DNA of 63,643 nt, the filler included. It is 5 parts of 5 records of this genome, joined end to end, with 100 filler letters (N's around TTAATTAATTAA, not from the genome) between each part and the next. Parts side by side here need not be neighbours in the genome. Positions count along the whole stretch, not along the records: positions 26,526 to 30,786 come from SRR20825010_5554; positions 30,887 to 37,895 come from SRR20825010_5558; 3 more parts are not named here. One strand, given 5' to 3'. How positions within the stretch are numbered: position 1 is the first letter of the stretch; each line of letters begins with the position of its first letter. The position numbers and the translations under genes were made by a program. The notes under the pieces were generated by a model. That model had not been told where the DNA came from and searched no databases. It saw nothing but the letters and a program-made list of their open reading frames with translations. Shown here piece by piece: positions 28,257 to 37,995 of this stretch.

Positions 28257-29018
28257 ATGCAAGTCAAACAAATCGCTATCGTTGCTGCCATTGCTTCCTC
28301 ATTCGCAATGCCCTTGACCGCCCAGGCTTCCGACATCGCCACATTGAATGGCTGGGGTGCCTTGTTTGCCGCAGCCCATTCCGGTCAACAAGCATCCGCA
28401 CAAGGCCAGGCTCAAGCTGAAGTTCAGGTAAGCCTGTTCCAAGCGCCCAGCCAGCAACCACCCGCAGCACAACCAGCACCTGAACCAACCCCTGTGGCTG
28501 AACCTGCCCCCACCCCAGAAGCTGGCAACGGCGAAATGGCCGAGGCACCAGCCATGGACGCGCCTGAATCAGGCGAGCAAACCGCTGCCGCCGACAACAA
28601 AGCAGGTGAATCTGCAGAAGCAGGCCAGGACGGCATGGGCAAAGCCACCGCAAGTGCCAATGCCAGCGTAAGTGCAACAGTTGAAATGGGTGGCGGTCAA
28701 AGCGCCCAAATGATGAACCAAGCCGATGCCGCCTACCAAACTGCAGGCACTGTGGTTGAAGGTGTCAGCAAAGGTGCATTGGGCACGGCACAAAACGTGG
28801 CCAACAAAACTTCCGGTGGCGCAATGAGCGCAAACGTTACCCAGAGCGGTTCGATGGACGTAGCGGGTCTGGCAACAGCGAATGCCGCCGGTAACCTGAG
28901 CGCCACTGCCAGCATGATGAACGCGGGTCAATTGAGCGCCATCACAGCGATGACCTCAACACTGGTGCAAAGCGTGATTGCTGCCCGCCCAGCCTCACTG
29001 ACAGGTTTGCTGCGTTAA
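28257..29018 (+). CDS. Secreted Ala/Gln/Pro-rich low-complexity hypothetical protein
   Basis: AGGAG RBS, Sec signal ending AQA, followed by a strong terminator. Confidence 0.75.
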   Translation: MQVKQIAIVAAIASSFAMPLTAQASDIATLNGWGALFAAAHSGQQASAQGQAQAEVQVSLFQAPSQQPPAAQPAPEPTPVAEPAPTPEAGNGEMAEAPAMDAPESGEQTAAADNKAGESAEAGQDGMGKATASANASVSATVEMGGGQSAQMMNQADAAYQTAGTVVEGVSKGALGTAQNVANKTSGGAMSANVTQSGSMDVAGLATANAAGNLSATASMMNAGQLSAITAMTSTLVQSVIAARPASLTGLLR

Positions 29019-29043
29019 TTCAGCACACTGTTCAGCAAGCCAC

Positions 29044-29077
29044 AAAAAAGCCCTCGCTTCACGCGAGGGCTTTTTTT
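29044..29077. terminator. Bidirectional rho-independent terminator
   Basis: AAAAAAGCCCTCGC-TTCAC-GCGAGGGCTTTTTTT between convergent genes. Confidence 0.88.
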
Positions 29078-29085
29078 ATTGTAAT

Positions 29086-29679
29086 TCAAGCCTGCTGCGA
29101 CAGAAAAAACGCCAGCACCTTGTCGGCCAATGCATCCAGATTCTCGCCTCTGCGTGGCTTGTACCAAGTCACCATGAAGTTCATGGCACCCAGTACCATC
29201 AAACGCGCGAACTTGGTGTCGCCACCCAAAAAACCCGCCTGGTGCAAACCATTGACGGCTTCTTGCCAAATGGCATCGTATTCATCTTTTGTGGCGATCA
29301 ACCGGCGTTGGTGTACATCGTCCAGGCAGCGCCAGTTGTACAGCATCACCGGAATGAAATCATTGCCATCTTCCAGAATAATGCTGAGATGCACCTTGAC
29401 CAAGGCACGGAATTGCAAATCGGCAGCCAGCCTGGGGTTCACCACAGCGCGGGTTTTTTCCAGGCCTTGACGCAAACCCTCTTCCACCACGGCCACCAGA
29501 ATGTCCTGCTTGCTGGCGAAATGGTAGAACGGGCTGCCACACTGCATGCCCACGGCATTGGCAATGGCGCGCATGCTGGCCCCATCGTAACCCTTGTCGC
29601 GAAATAATTTTGCGGCCGCGCGAACAATGTCGCCACGCCGACCATCGTCGTGTTTTTGTTCTTTCTGTACCTTTGCCAC
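29086..29679 (-). CDS. TetR-family regulator (AtuR/KstR2-like)
   Basis: IVRAAAKLFRDKGY...FYHFASKQDIL; GTG start at 29679 inferred. Confidence 0.88.
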   Translation of the reverse strand: MAKVQKEQKHDDGRRGDIVRAAAKLFRDKGYDGASMRAIANAVGMQCGSPFYHFASKQDILVAVVEEGLRQGLEKTRAVVNPRLAADLQFRALVKVHLSIILEDGNDFIPVMLYNWRCLDDVHQRRLIATKDEYDAIWQEAVNGLHQAGFLGGDTKFARLMVLGAMNFMVTWYKPRRGENLDALADKVLAFFLSQQA

Positions 29680-29693
29680 AACCCAGCCCTTTC

Positions 29694-30116
29694 TTATGTT
29701 GTCAGGTTCAGTGCCATCCACTGGTGGGGAATTCCCACTTCGCTGTGGGCTTCGCCCTGCGGCACAAAACCATGTCGACTGTAAAATTCAATTGCCTGTT
29801 GTTGCGCACTAAGGCGCACCACCGGCATTTTTTGTTCTCGCGCCACCGCCAGCAATGCCAGCAGCATGGCGCTTCCAATTCCCCGGCTTCTGAATTCGGG
29901 GAGCACAGCCATTCGGCCTATTTTTCCTTCGGGCAACAGCCTTGCGGTTCCCACAGCTTGATCGCCAAACCAGGCCACCACATGGATTGAATTCGAATCG
30001 TGCTGGTCCCATTCTTCGGATTCGTCAATTCCCTGTTCTTCAATAAAAACAGAACGGCGAATGGAACTGGCCCATTCGCCGTTGACCAACCAAGTTGAAC
30101 AGTCGATTCGAATCAA
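29694..30116 (-). CDS. GNAT acetyltransferase (ElaA/YjcF-like)
   Basis: IRRSVFIEEQ, KIGRMAVL..FRSRGIG, FYSRHGF. Confidence 0.88.
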   Translation of the reverse strand: MIRIDCSTWLVNGEWASSIRRSVFIEEQGIDESEEWDQHDSNSIHVVAWFGDQAVGTARLLPEGKIGRMAVLPEFRSRGIGSAMLLALLAVAREQKMPVVRLSAQQQAIEFYSRHGFVPQGEAHSEVGIPHQWMALNLTT

Positions 30117-30124
30117 TATTGCAA

Positions 30125-30337
30125 TCAGCCCAAGGCTGACAATTCAGCGTCCACGGCTTCCAGCATTTCCTGGGTGATCAAGCCACCCGAAAAGTTGGCC
30201 ACCACGGCCAAGGGGAAACCTTTGCCCATGCCAATTTGTGGATGTGTGGCGATGCCGGGCATGTGTTTTTCAAGAATCGCTGCTGTCTGCTCGTTGTCCA
30301 GCAAATCGCCCAGTTTGGATTGGGTAGAGAAAGCCAT
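30125..30337 (-). CDS. Small (70 aa) helical hypothetical protein
   Basis: AGGAG RBS before ATG 30337; STQSKLGDLLD...ILEKHMPG. Confidence 0.7.
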   Translation of the reverse strand: MAFSTQSKLGDLLDNEQTAAILEKHMPGIATHPQIGMGKGFPLAVVANFSGGLITQEMLEAVDAELSALG

Positions 30338-30420
30338 GTAAATCATCTCCTAGAATTTAAAATGGATCCACAATTCAAACAAACGCTTGAATTATTTCCC
30401 CATTCTAGACCAAGAATTGA

Positions 30421-30786
30421 TCAGCTGTAACGCTTTTTCAACGCCGCAACCGCACTGGTGTATATCTGGTCAATTTCATGCCGGTTTGAAATCGAAATCT
30501 GGAGGTTGCGCACCAAACCGTCTTTCAAGCTGTACAGCCAACCGTGCACGGTCAAGCTTTGCCCGCGCTCCCAGGCGTCTTCAATCAGGGTGCTTTCACA
30601 CAGGTGCTTGACTTGCTCAATCACGTTGAGTTCGCAAAGTTGATCCAGGCATTTCTGCTCTTTGTCTGCTTCTGAAGTCAGCAGATTGTGTCGGCGCGCA
30701 AGTTGGTGAATGGGGCGCACCCATGCATCGGCCAAACCCACGCGGTCGCCCCGCATGGCCATTCGAACCCCCGAACACCCATAGTG
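30421..30786 (-). CDS. can: Beta-class carbonic anhydrase (5'-truncated)
   Basis: HYGCSGV at the contig edge, LCELNVIEQV, VHGWLYSLKDG. Confidence 0.88.
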   Translation of the reverse strand, partial: HYGCSGVRMAMRGDRVGLADAWVRPIHQLARRHNLLTSEADKEQKCLDQLCELNVIEQVKHLCESTLIEDAWERGQSLTVHGWLYSLKDGLVRNLQISISNRHEIDQIYTSAVAALKKRYS

Positions 30787-30886
30787 NNNNNNNNNNNNNN
30801 NNNNNNNNNNNNNNNNNNNNNNNNNNNNNNTTAATTAATTAANNNNNNNNNNNNNNNNNNNNNNNNNNNNNNNNNNNNNNNNNNNN
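30787..30886. other. Artificial contig spacer
   Basis: N44-TTAATTAATTAA-N44. Confidence 0.97.
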
Positions 30887-31168
30887 GCCGAGGTTGAAAA
30901 CAGCCCAGTCCAGACCACCAAGACGAACCTGCTGGATCGCATCAGGCTGGTTGCCCAAAACGCCACCATGGTAAACCTTGGCTTCCAGATCGCCGCCGGA
31001 TTTTTCATTGATGATCTTGGCGAATTCTTCCATGCCGGTCGAAACCGGATATTCTGGCGGATGAATGTTCCAACCACGCCATTCTTTGGCTTGTGCACCA
31101 GACGCCAGTGCAACCGAAACGGCCGCTGCGGCAATTGTCAGAGTCGTGGTTTTAAGAAAGTTGTTCAT
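30887..31168 (-). CDS. TRAP transporter substrate-binding protein DctP (3'-truncated)
   Basis: Signal peptide, HPPEYP, GVLGNQ..IQQVRLGGLD. Confidence 0.85.
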
Positions 31169-31346
31169 TTAGAGTCCTCCCGAGACTTATCTATTTACTG
31201 CGTTAAAGCCTAGTTTTCCCTTATCGGGACTTATTGTTGTTATTCAATCTTACAGGTTGTTAGTTGTACTTACAATTCTAAGGTAGATTAACAACTAGTC
31301 TAATAGTCATTGCGCACCGATTGTTATTATGGCGTCGCAAATAGCC

Positions 31347-31372
31347 ATCCCGGCAGAACCACCTGCCGGGAT
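31347..31372. terminator. Stem-loop downstream of kdgD
   Basis: ATCCCGGCAG-AACCAC-CTGCCGGGAT; no clear U-tract on the kdgD strand. Confidence 0.5.
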
Positions 31373-31400
31373 AAAAGGCAGGTCCGATATCGTGATCGGA

Positions 31401-32330
31401 CTAAGCCACACGTAATGCACCATCGCCATAGGCATTGCGGATGACCTCGGCCAACATGTCGTGCTCGTGATCCGTAAGATCGATCAGCGGACTGCGCACC
31501 GGACCGGTATCGCGTCCGATAACCCGCATCCCCGCCTTGACGATGGCAACGGCGTATCCTTTGCCGCGATTACGGATATCAAGATACGGATAAAAGAATT
31601 CGGTCAGAACCCGGTTCATCACTGCATCATCGTCACGCGTCAGCGCGTCATAAAAATCAAGCGCCTGCTGCGGCAGGAAGTTGAAAATCGCCGATGAATA
31701 GGTTGTCACGCCAGCAGCCTTATAGGCCTTGGCAAAGACTTCTGCCGTCGGCATGCCACCGATATAAGACAGGCGATCGCCCATCACGGTGCAGACCTTG
31801 GTCACCATTTCGATATTACCGTGACCATCCTTGAACCCGACAAGGTTGGGGCAAACGTCACACAATTTCGACAGCGTTTCGGCGGTGATGATCGAATTGT
31901 CGCGATTGTAAACAATCACGCCGATCTTGACCGCATCGCATACGGCCTTGACCCGGGCAAACAGACCTTCCTGTTCAGCACCGACAAGATATTGCGGCAA
32001 CAGCAAAAGACCATCGGCACCGGCAGCTTCGCATTCTTTGGCCAGTTCAACCGCCATTGCCGTGCCATAACCACAGCCGGCAATGATCGGTGTATCACCG
32101 GCAACTTCCTTGGCAGCACGCACGGTGGCAACGACCTCAGCCGGGGTCAACGAGAAAAATTCACCCGTCCCGCCTGCGGCAAACAACGCCGTTGCAGGGA
32201 ACTGTGCCAGCCAGCCGACATGCGCGCGGAAAGCGTTCAGATCAAGCCCGCCCTGGGCATCAAAAGGCGTCACCGGGAATGACAGCAACCCGGCACCAAT
32301 GGCCTTTTTCATCTCAAGATAATGCATCAA
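31401..32330 (-). CDS. kdgD: 5-dehydro-4-deoxyglucarate dehydratase
   Basis: GLLSFPVTPF, AAGGTGEFFSL, GFKDGHG, GGMPTAE, YSSAIFNF, GYAVAIVKAG. Confidence 0.93.
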   Translation of the reverse strand: MMHYLEMKKAIGAGLLSFPVTPFDAQGGLDLNAFRAHVGWLAQFPATALFAAGGTGEFFSLTPAEVVATVRAAKEVAGDTPIIAGCGYGTAMAVELAKECEAAGADGLLLLPQYLVGAEQEGLFARVKAVCDAVKIGVIVYNRDNSIITAETLSKLCDVCPNLVGFKDGHGNIEMVTKVCTVMGDRLSYIGGMPTAEVFAKAYKAAGVTTYSSAIFNFLPQQALDFYDALTRDDDAVMNRVLTEFFYPYLDIRNRGKGYAVAIVKAGMRVIGRDTGPVRSPLIDLTDHEHDMLAEVIRNAYGDGALRVA

Positions 32331-32362
32331 GCGTCCTTCAAATCTAGATACGTCAAAACAAC

Positions 32363-32388
32363 TATGATGATTTTATAAATTCATCATA
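32363..32388. promoter_or_regulatory. Palindromic FadR/GntR-type operator
   Basis: TATGATGA-N10-TCATCATA; further TATGATGACTT copies at about 32485 and 32533. Confidence 0.65.
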
Positions 32389-32607
32389 TCACTTTGTCAA
32401 ACATATTACCCAAACAGCCTCAATGGCGCAGAAAACTGCGCAAAACAAGGGTTTTATTGACCTGATGACAGGATTGAACTTTGGTATGATGACTTGAATA
32501 TGGGCGATATTCGGGCGAATCGGATCAATTGATATGATGACTTCCGCCTTTAAGCCCGTTAGGGTCGCCCTATCAACCCTTTAAACCCATAATCGAGAAG
32601 ACCGGGA

Positions 32608-33372
32608 ATGACCGACATTAACGCCGCCAGCCGCATCCTTGCTGATGCCTTTCTCAATCACACGCTGATTGATCCCCTGCCGGAAGATATTGCGCCAACA
32701 AGCTTTGAGCAGGCCTATGACATTCAACGCGCGACCCTTGCGCTGACCGGCGCCAAGCAGGCGGGATGGAAACTGGCCGTGGCGACACGCGCTGCGCAGG
32801 AAAAGATTGGCGCAGATGGCCCCTTGATCGGGCCGTTGCTTGACGGGCGTATTCTTGGCGATGGCGCCAAGCTGACCACAGCAGATCTGCATTACCCCAA
32901 TATCGAAGCCGAAATTGCCGTGGTGATGAAAAGCACCCCGGCCCCGGATGCGACATCAAGCGATATCCTTGATCATATCGAAAGCATCCATCTGGCCATC
33001 GAAATCGCAGATCGACGCTATGACGTAAAACAGAACCCTGTTCAAACGCTCGCCGATCTGAATTCCACCGGTTATTTCGTGCTGGGGCAGGAAATTGAAA
33101 ACTGGCGCGATCTTGGTTTCATTGGCGGCACTGTCACCACCAAAAGCGACGGCGAAATCCTTGCCACCAATGATGATCCCGATGCATGGCCTGAAATTTT
33201 CGGCGGCCTTGAATATCTGGTCGGATATCTTGGCAAGCGCGGCGAAAGCTTAAAGGCGGGCGATGTGATTACAACCGGCGCCTGCGCACTTCCGACCATC
33301 AGCCCGCATGGCAATATCGAAGCCATCTTTGACGGGTTGGGCACGGTCACGGCGGAAATCAGCAAAGTCTGA
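32608..33372 (+). CDS. Fumarylacetoacetate-hydrolase superfamily, 2-keto-4-pentenoate hydratase-like
   Basis: AYDIQ, GWKL, EAEIA, AIEIAD.R, GDVITTG. Confidence 0.85.
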   Translation: MTDINAASRILADAFLNHTLIDPLPEDIAPTSFEQAYDIQRATLALTGAKQAGWKLAVATRAAQEKIGADGPLIGPLLDGRILGDGAKLTTADLHYPNIEAEIAVVMKSTPAPDATSSDILDHIESIHLAIEIADRRYDVKQNPVQTLADLNSTGYFVLGQEIENWRDLGFIGGTVTTKSDGEILATNDDPDAWPEIFGGLEYLVGYLGKRGESLKAGDVITTGACALPTISPHGNIEAIFDGLGTVTAEISKV

Positions 33373-33419
33373 AGAATCTAAAAAGCTGATCCCGCCCCGC
33401 CAAACCAGCACCCCATATG

Positions 33420-33453
33420 ATAAAAGCCATGCAGTTTCCTGCATGGCTTTTAT
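33420..33453. terminator. Bidirectional terminator
   Basis: ATAAAAGCCATGCAG-TTTC-CTGCATGGCTTTTAT. Confidence 0.85.
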
Positions 33454-33485
33454 TTTGGGCAAGTCCGCTAAATTTCGCGGTGATA

Positions 33486-34385
33486 TCACCCAGCTTCGCG
33501 GAAGCGCGAAACCGGCACACCCGGCACTTCGGCGCGCAGGGATACAAGCTTACCCGCATGCGGAAACTCGGCGCGCTTTTCTGGGCTGTAATTTTCCTGA
33601 TGGCTGGTGACATACAGCGTTTTCATATCCGGCCCGCCAAAACACGGCATGGTCGGATTGGGCATCGGCATCGGGATGGATGTGATCAATGTGCCATCCG
33701 GGGCAAAACGGTTCAGGTTGCCTGCCGACACACCCGCTGACCAATAACACCCTTCCATATCAACCGCAGCACCATCCGGGCGGCCTAGCGTATCATCAAG
33801 ATCAAGATAGCGCGTGCAGTTGGAAATATCGCCGGTTTGAACATCAAAGTCCCAGCGATTAACCCACGGCCCGCGTGAGTCTGAATGATACATCATCGCG
33901 CCATCTGGCGACCATGCGATGCCATTCGATATCTTAAACCCGGTGGCCTTTTGCTCGATCTTGCCATCAGCCGTGATGCGATAAAGCGATGCAATTGCCT
34001 GCTTATCGGCATTGTCATCCATGGTGCCGACCCAGAACGCGCCATCAGGTCCGATCTTGCCATCGTTGGTGCGGCTGTGAATGCCGTCTTCAATCGTGGC
34101 AAGCGGGGTGCGTTCGTCCGTTTCCGGGTCGAGATAAACAATGTCCTTGCGCAGGGCAACGATGATGCGGCCCGCATCGGTCAGGCCAAAACAACCAAGC
34201 TCGCTTTCAAACTTCCAGACTTTGCGCACGCCGGTTTTGACATCAAGTGCATGAAGCTGCCCGTTCAGAATATCGGTCCAGTAAAGCCGGTCATTCTGCG
34301 CATCCCAATTCGGGCATTCCGCCAGTGTAAATGTCTCATCACTGAGAATTTCCGGCTGGTAAAAAGCCCCGTTCGTCCCCGACAT
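33486..34385 (-). CDS. SMP-30/gluconolactonase-family lactonase
   Basis: LAECPNW, RTNDGK, SNGIAWSPDG, PDGAAVD, CFGG; AAGGGG RBS before ATG 34385. Confidence 0.9.
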   Translation of the reverse strand: MSGTNGAFYQPEILSDETFTLAECPNWDAQNDRLYWTDILNGQLHALDVKTGVRKVWKFESELGCFGLTDAGRIIVALRKDIVYLDPETDERTPLATIEDGIHSRTNDGKIGPDGAFWVGTMDDNADKQAIASLYRITADGKIEQKATGFKISNGIAWSPDGAMMYHSDSRGPWVNRWDFDVQTGDISNCTRYLDLDDTLGRPDGAAVDMEGCYWSAGVSAGNLNRFAPDGTLITSIPMPMPNPTMPCFGGPDMKTLYVTSHQENYSPEKRAEFPHAGKLVSLRAEVPGVPVSRFREAG

Positions 34386-34598
34386 TGCAACACCCCTTAA
34401 AGTCATATGATCAATTTTTCTATCCAACGGTTTGCCGTTCACCGGCCCCACTTGTCAATAAAATTAGCCATTTTTCTTTACAGGAATGATATCGAGTGCC
34501 GACCAAAACGGCTTCAAAACCGATGCGGCTACCCGTTATTTTCCGAACCTTCCGGTCGGAAAAGCACACGTCCAAAACCGGTCACGAAACAGTTGAAA

Positions 34599-35315
34599 TC
34601 ACATATCGCGGGCGTGATCGGTCACGCGCTGCCGGGCCTGATGAAGGTGATAGTGCATCAAAAGTTCGGCACTATCGCCATCACGGCCAAGGATCGCATC
34701 ATAAATCTGTCGATGTTCTTTAAGAACCTTTTGGGCACGTTCGGCCGATCCACCACGTGTGATATTCAATGCAACTTTCATTGATTTGGACATCACACCA
34801 TGCAGGGAATTGAGGATGGTGACAAAAATTTCATTCCCGCTGGCGCGGGCAATGGCCATATGGAAATCAAGATCGGCCTTATCGGCGATATCCCCCGCAC
34901 CAATACCATCTTCAAGCATTTTCAGGGCATTCTCGATATCGCGGTGATGGCGCAGGCTGGCACGTTCAGCGGCCATGCGCGCCGTTGTGCATTCAATCGC
35001 AATACGTGCTTCAAAACAGCGCAAAAGCCCCGCAACGTCATTGACCCCGCCAAACTCGATCAAGCCTTGTGGCGGACGCTTTTTGACAAACGACCCCACC
35101 CCTTGGCGGGCATAGACCAACCCATCGGATTGCAGTTTGCGCAACGCTTCTCGGACAACCGGACGCGACACGCCAAAGGATGCGCAAATCTCGTTCTCGG
35201 ACGGAAGCTTGGTCCCCTCTCCCAGATTGCCTGAAACAATCTGTTCAAGAATCTGACCATAAAGCTGATCCGCAAGCTTTTCGCGTTTTTGAACCTTCAA
35301 CAGCAACTCGGTCAT
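34599..35315 (-). CDS. FadR/GntR-family regulator
   Basis: LPSE..FGVSRPVVREAL, DLDFH, EH..I. Confidence 0.92.
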   Translation of the reverse strand: MTELLLKVQKREKLADQLYGQILEQIVSGNLGEGTKLPSENEICASFGVSRPVVREALRKLQSDGLVYARQGVGSFVKKRPPQGLIEFGGVNDVAGLLRCFEARIAIECTTARMAAERASLRHHRDIENALKMLEDGIGAGDIADKADLDFHMAIARASGNEIFVTILNSLHGVMSKSMKVALNITRGGSAERAQKVLKEHRQIYDAILGRDGDSAELLMHYHLHQARQRVTDHARDM

Positions 35316-35339
35316 GCTCCGCCCCGAACTTGTTATCTT

Positions 35340-35363
35340 GTAAAACTTACTTGTAAGTTTTAC
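35340..35363. promoter_or_regulatory. Perfect 11-bp inverted repeat, probable FadR autoregulatory operator
   Basis: GTAAAACTTAC-TT-GTAAGTTTTAC, about 25 nt upstream of the regulator start. Confidence 0.7.
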
Positions 35364-35408
35364 CGGGAAACGCCAACCGGGTAAAGGCCCCGCACACCCC
35401 GCCTACGA

Positions 35409-36395
35409 TCAATCGACCAAAGAATAATCCCGCTTTGCCGGAACTGCGATGTCGTCATCATCGACAAGCCCGCTATCGGGTTTTGCCAATAAAGACGGTG
35501 TCAATGTCATGCTGCCGGTCAATGTCTGGTTGTTATCAAGCACAACAAGATCGCCAAATTCCTTGAATTCGGGATGATTATGAACATTTGGCACATGGGT
35601 AACCGGTTCAACACAGAACGTTTTACCGTCTTCAGGGATATAGAATTGCAGGTTGGCAAAACTGTCGCTGGCCGTCATATGCAGGCTATAACCCGCATCA
35701 TCCCAAATCATTTCCGCTTCGCGTTCCCAGCCGGTGTAATGAACATCAAGCCCGTGATGATGGCGGATCATTTTGCCATCTGAAAAATCACGGCCAAGAT
35801 CAATCACCGTGCGCCGGGTCGGCAGCATGTCTTCGTCGGTGGCAAAACAATCAGACGCGACAAAAGAAACCGACGCATCTTCCCCACCGGGGAACCACGG
35901 ATGCAACCCAATGCCATACGGCATCGGTGTTCTGCCCAGATGGCGCACCCCGATTTCAAGCGTCACGTCAATTTCGGTGACCTTGAATTCCTGCCAGGCG
36001 ACATAGACAAAGCCGCTTTTGGCATCGTCATGTTTGTGGTTAAAGCGCAAACTATCAGCAGTCGGGCGTTCAATTTTCCATTCAGCACCGCGGCCAAAGC
36101 CGTGAATGGCATGTGGGCTGGGCGGACGGTTCGCCGGAACTTTGACGATATGGCCATCGAAATCAAATTCGGAAAATGCCAAACGGTTGGCAAAGGGCAC
36201 CATCGGGAAACATCCAAGACTGGATGGGTTTCCCGAATTTAGCGCCTGCTCGCTCACAGGGCGCAACAGGTTGATCACGCCATTGCCATCCGGGCGCACC
36301 CAGTCAATCCGCGATATCGCACCACCTTGCGGTACGATCCCGATTTGAAAAGGTCCACTGTTCCAACGATATTCCGGTTCGCCCTTTTTGGACAT
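35409..36395 (-). CDS. Aldose 1-epimerase family protein
   Basis: PMVPFANR, HAIHG, GLHPWF, FCVEPVTH. Confidence 0.88.
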   Translation of the reverse strand: MSKKGEPEYRWNSGPFQIGIVPQGGAISRIDWVRPDGNGVINLLRPVSEQALNSGNPSSLGCFPMVPFANRLAFSEFDFDGHIVKVPANRPPSPHAIHGFGRGAEWKIERPTADSLRFNHKHDDAKSGFVYVAWQEFKVTEIDVTLEIGVRHLGRTPMPYGIGLHPWFPGGEDASVSFVASDCFATDEDMLPTRRTVIDLGRDFSDGKMIRHHHGLDVHYTGWEREAEMIWDDAGYSLHMTASDSFANLQFYIPEDGKTFCVEPVTHVPNVHNHPEFKEFGDLVVLDNNQTLTGSMTLTPSLLAKPDSGLVDDDDIAVPAKRDYSLVD

Positions 36396-36556
36396 GCAGG
36401 TGCCTCAATTCCGTTCATAAATCATATGATGACTTTACATCACCGGTCAGGTTCGACTATTTCAAGATGGTACTGCCACTTGCGCCAACCAAACCTTAAC
36501 GCCTGTGGTCAATTTTATATCCGATTGTTTTATACCGGATTTATCGGACACGCAAA

Positions 36557-37288
36557 ATGAACAAGACGACCGCATCAAACACACCGCGCAAAGTTTCACT
36601 GACGGAAAAAGTCATTGCCAGTTTGCGACAGGAAATTGAAAGCGGTCAACGCGAACCGGGCAGCAAACTTCCAACTGAACCGGTCCTGACCGAAAGGTTT
36701 GGGGTGAGCCGCACAGTCATCCGCGAAGCCATTGCCGCCTTAAAGGCCGACGGTCTTCTTGAACCGCGCCAAGGCGCTGGTGTGTTTGTTTTGACCCCCG
36801 AAACCCGCAGCAACGACAAATCGATTTTTGCGGTTGATTACGCCCAAGTGTCCGACGTTCTGGAAATCCTTGAACTGCGTATGGCGGTCGAGATCGAGGC
36901 AGCAGGCCTTGCCTGCACGCGAAGCTCCGTCGCCCAGCAGGCCAAAATCTATGAGGCGATGGCAAAAATGGAAGCCGCTCTGGAAAAAGGCGATCCAACC
37001 GAACAGGCTGACTTTGAATTCCATAGCGCGATTTCTGCGGCCACCAACAATCGCCGCTTTGCCGAATTTTTGGAACATCTCGGCGATAAAACCATCCCGC
37101 GTGCGCAACTGCGCCGCCGCCCGCCAGAAGCCGAAGATCAAAAGGCCTATATGCACATGATCATGGGCGAACATCGCAAGATTTTTGATGCCATAGCCGC
37201 CCGCGAAGATGATGTCGCGCGCAAAGCCATGCGCGACCATCTCAGCCAAAGCCAGACCCGCTATCAAAAACTCCTGACCCAACGATAA
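36557..37288 (+). CDS. FadR/GntR-family regulator
   Basis: LPTE..FGVSRTVIREA, DFEFH, EH..IFDAI. Confidence 0.92.
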   Translation: MNKTTASNTPRKVSLTEKVIASLRQEIESGQREPGSKLPTEPVLTERFGVSRTVIREAIAALKADGLLEPRQGAGVFVLTPETRSNDKSIFAVDYAQVSDVLEILELRMAVEIEAAGLACTRSSVAQQAKIYEAMAKMEAALEKGDPTEQADFEFHSAISAATNNRRFAEFLEHLGDKTIPRAQLRRRPPEAEDQKAYMHMIMGEHRKIFDAIAAREDDVARKAMRDHLSQSQTRYQKLLTQR

Positions 37289-37360
37289 TCATCGGGCTTA
37301 CCGTTTAAACACAGCCACCCTGCCGGGCTTATTCACCAAGCGCAGGGTTTCAGCTTTTGA

Positions 37361-37895
37361 TCAGGACGAAATGGCCTTGGCCAAAACACTCATATCGGCA
37401 AGAACAATATCCGCCCCTGCGTCATAAAGCCGGTTTGCCGCGGCTACCTCGTCCCCGGCATAATGCCCGCCACCAACAAACCCGATGCATTTCATGCCTG
37501 CGGCAATGGCCGCGGTTACACCGGCAACAGAATCCTCGATCACAATCGCCTGTTTGGGCGAAAAGCCCATATCGGCTGCCGCATGCAAAAACAGATCAGG
37601 GGCCGGTTTGCCGTTCTTGACGAAATCGGCACTGTAAATCCGGTCTTCAAACCACGGGCCAAGACCGGTCACGTCCATGGTCTTTTCCAACCGTTCGACC
37701 GAACTGCTTGATGAAATGCAAAAGGCAACTTTCCGCTTGGTCAACGCATCCAGAACCCCGTCAATGTCGCGGATTTTGGTCAGCTCCGTTTCATAGCGGG
37801 CAAACAGTTTTTTATAGAAGAACGGCTTGAATTCGGAACGGACGTCTTTTCCGGACTCGATGCGAATATGTTCAATCGGTGCCGCACTTGATCGC
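37361..37895 (-). CDS. HAD-superfamily phosphatase (5'-truncated)
   Basis: ISSSS, GKPAPDLF, IEDSVAG; frame open to the gap. Confidence 0.85.
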
Positions 37896-37995
37896 NNNNN
37901 NNNNNNNNNNNNNNNNNNNNNNNNNNNNNNNNNNNNNNNTTAATTAATTAANNNNNNNNNNNNNNNNNNNNNNNNNNNNNNNNNNNNNNNNNNNN
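37896..37995. other. Artificial contig spacer
   Basis: N44-TTAATTAATTAA-N44. Confidence 0.97.
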
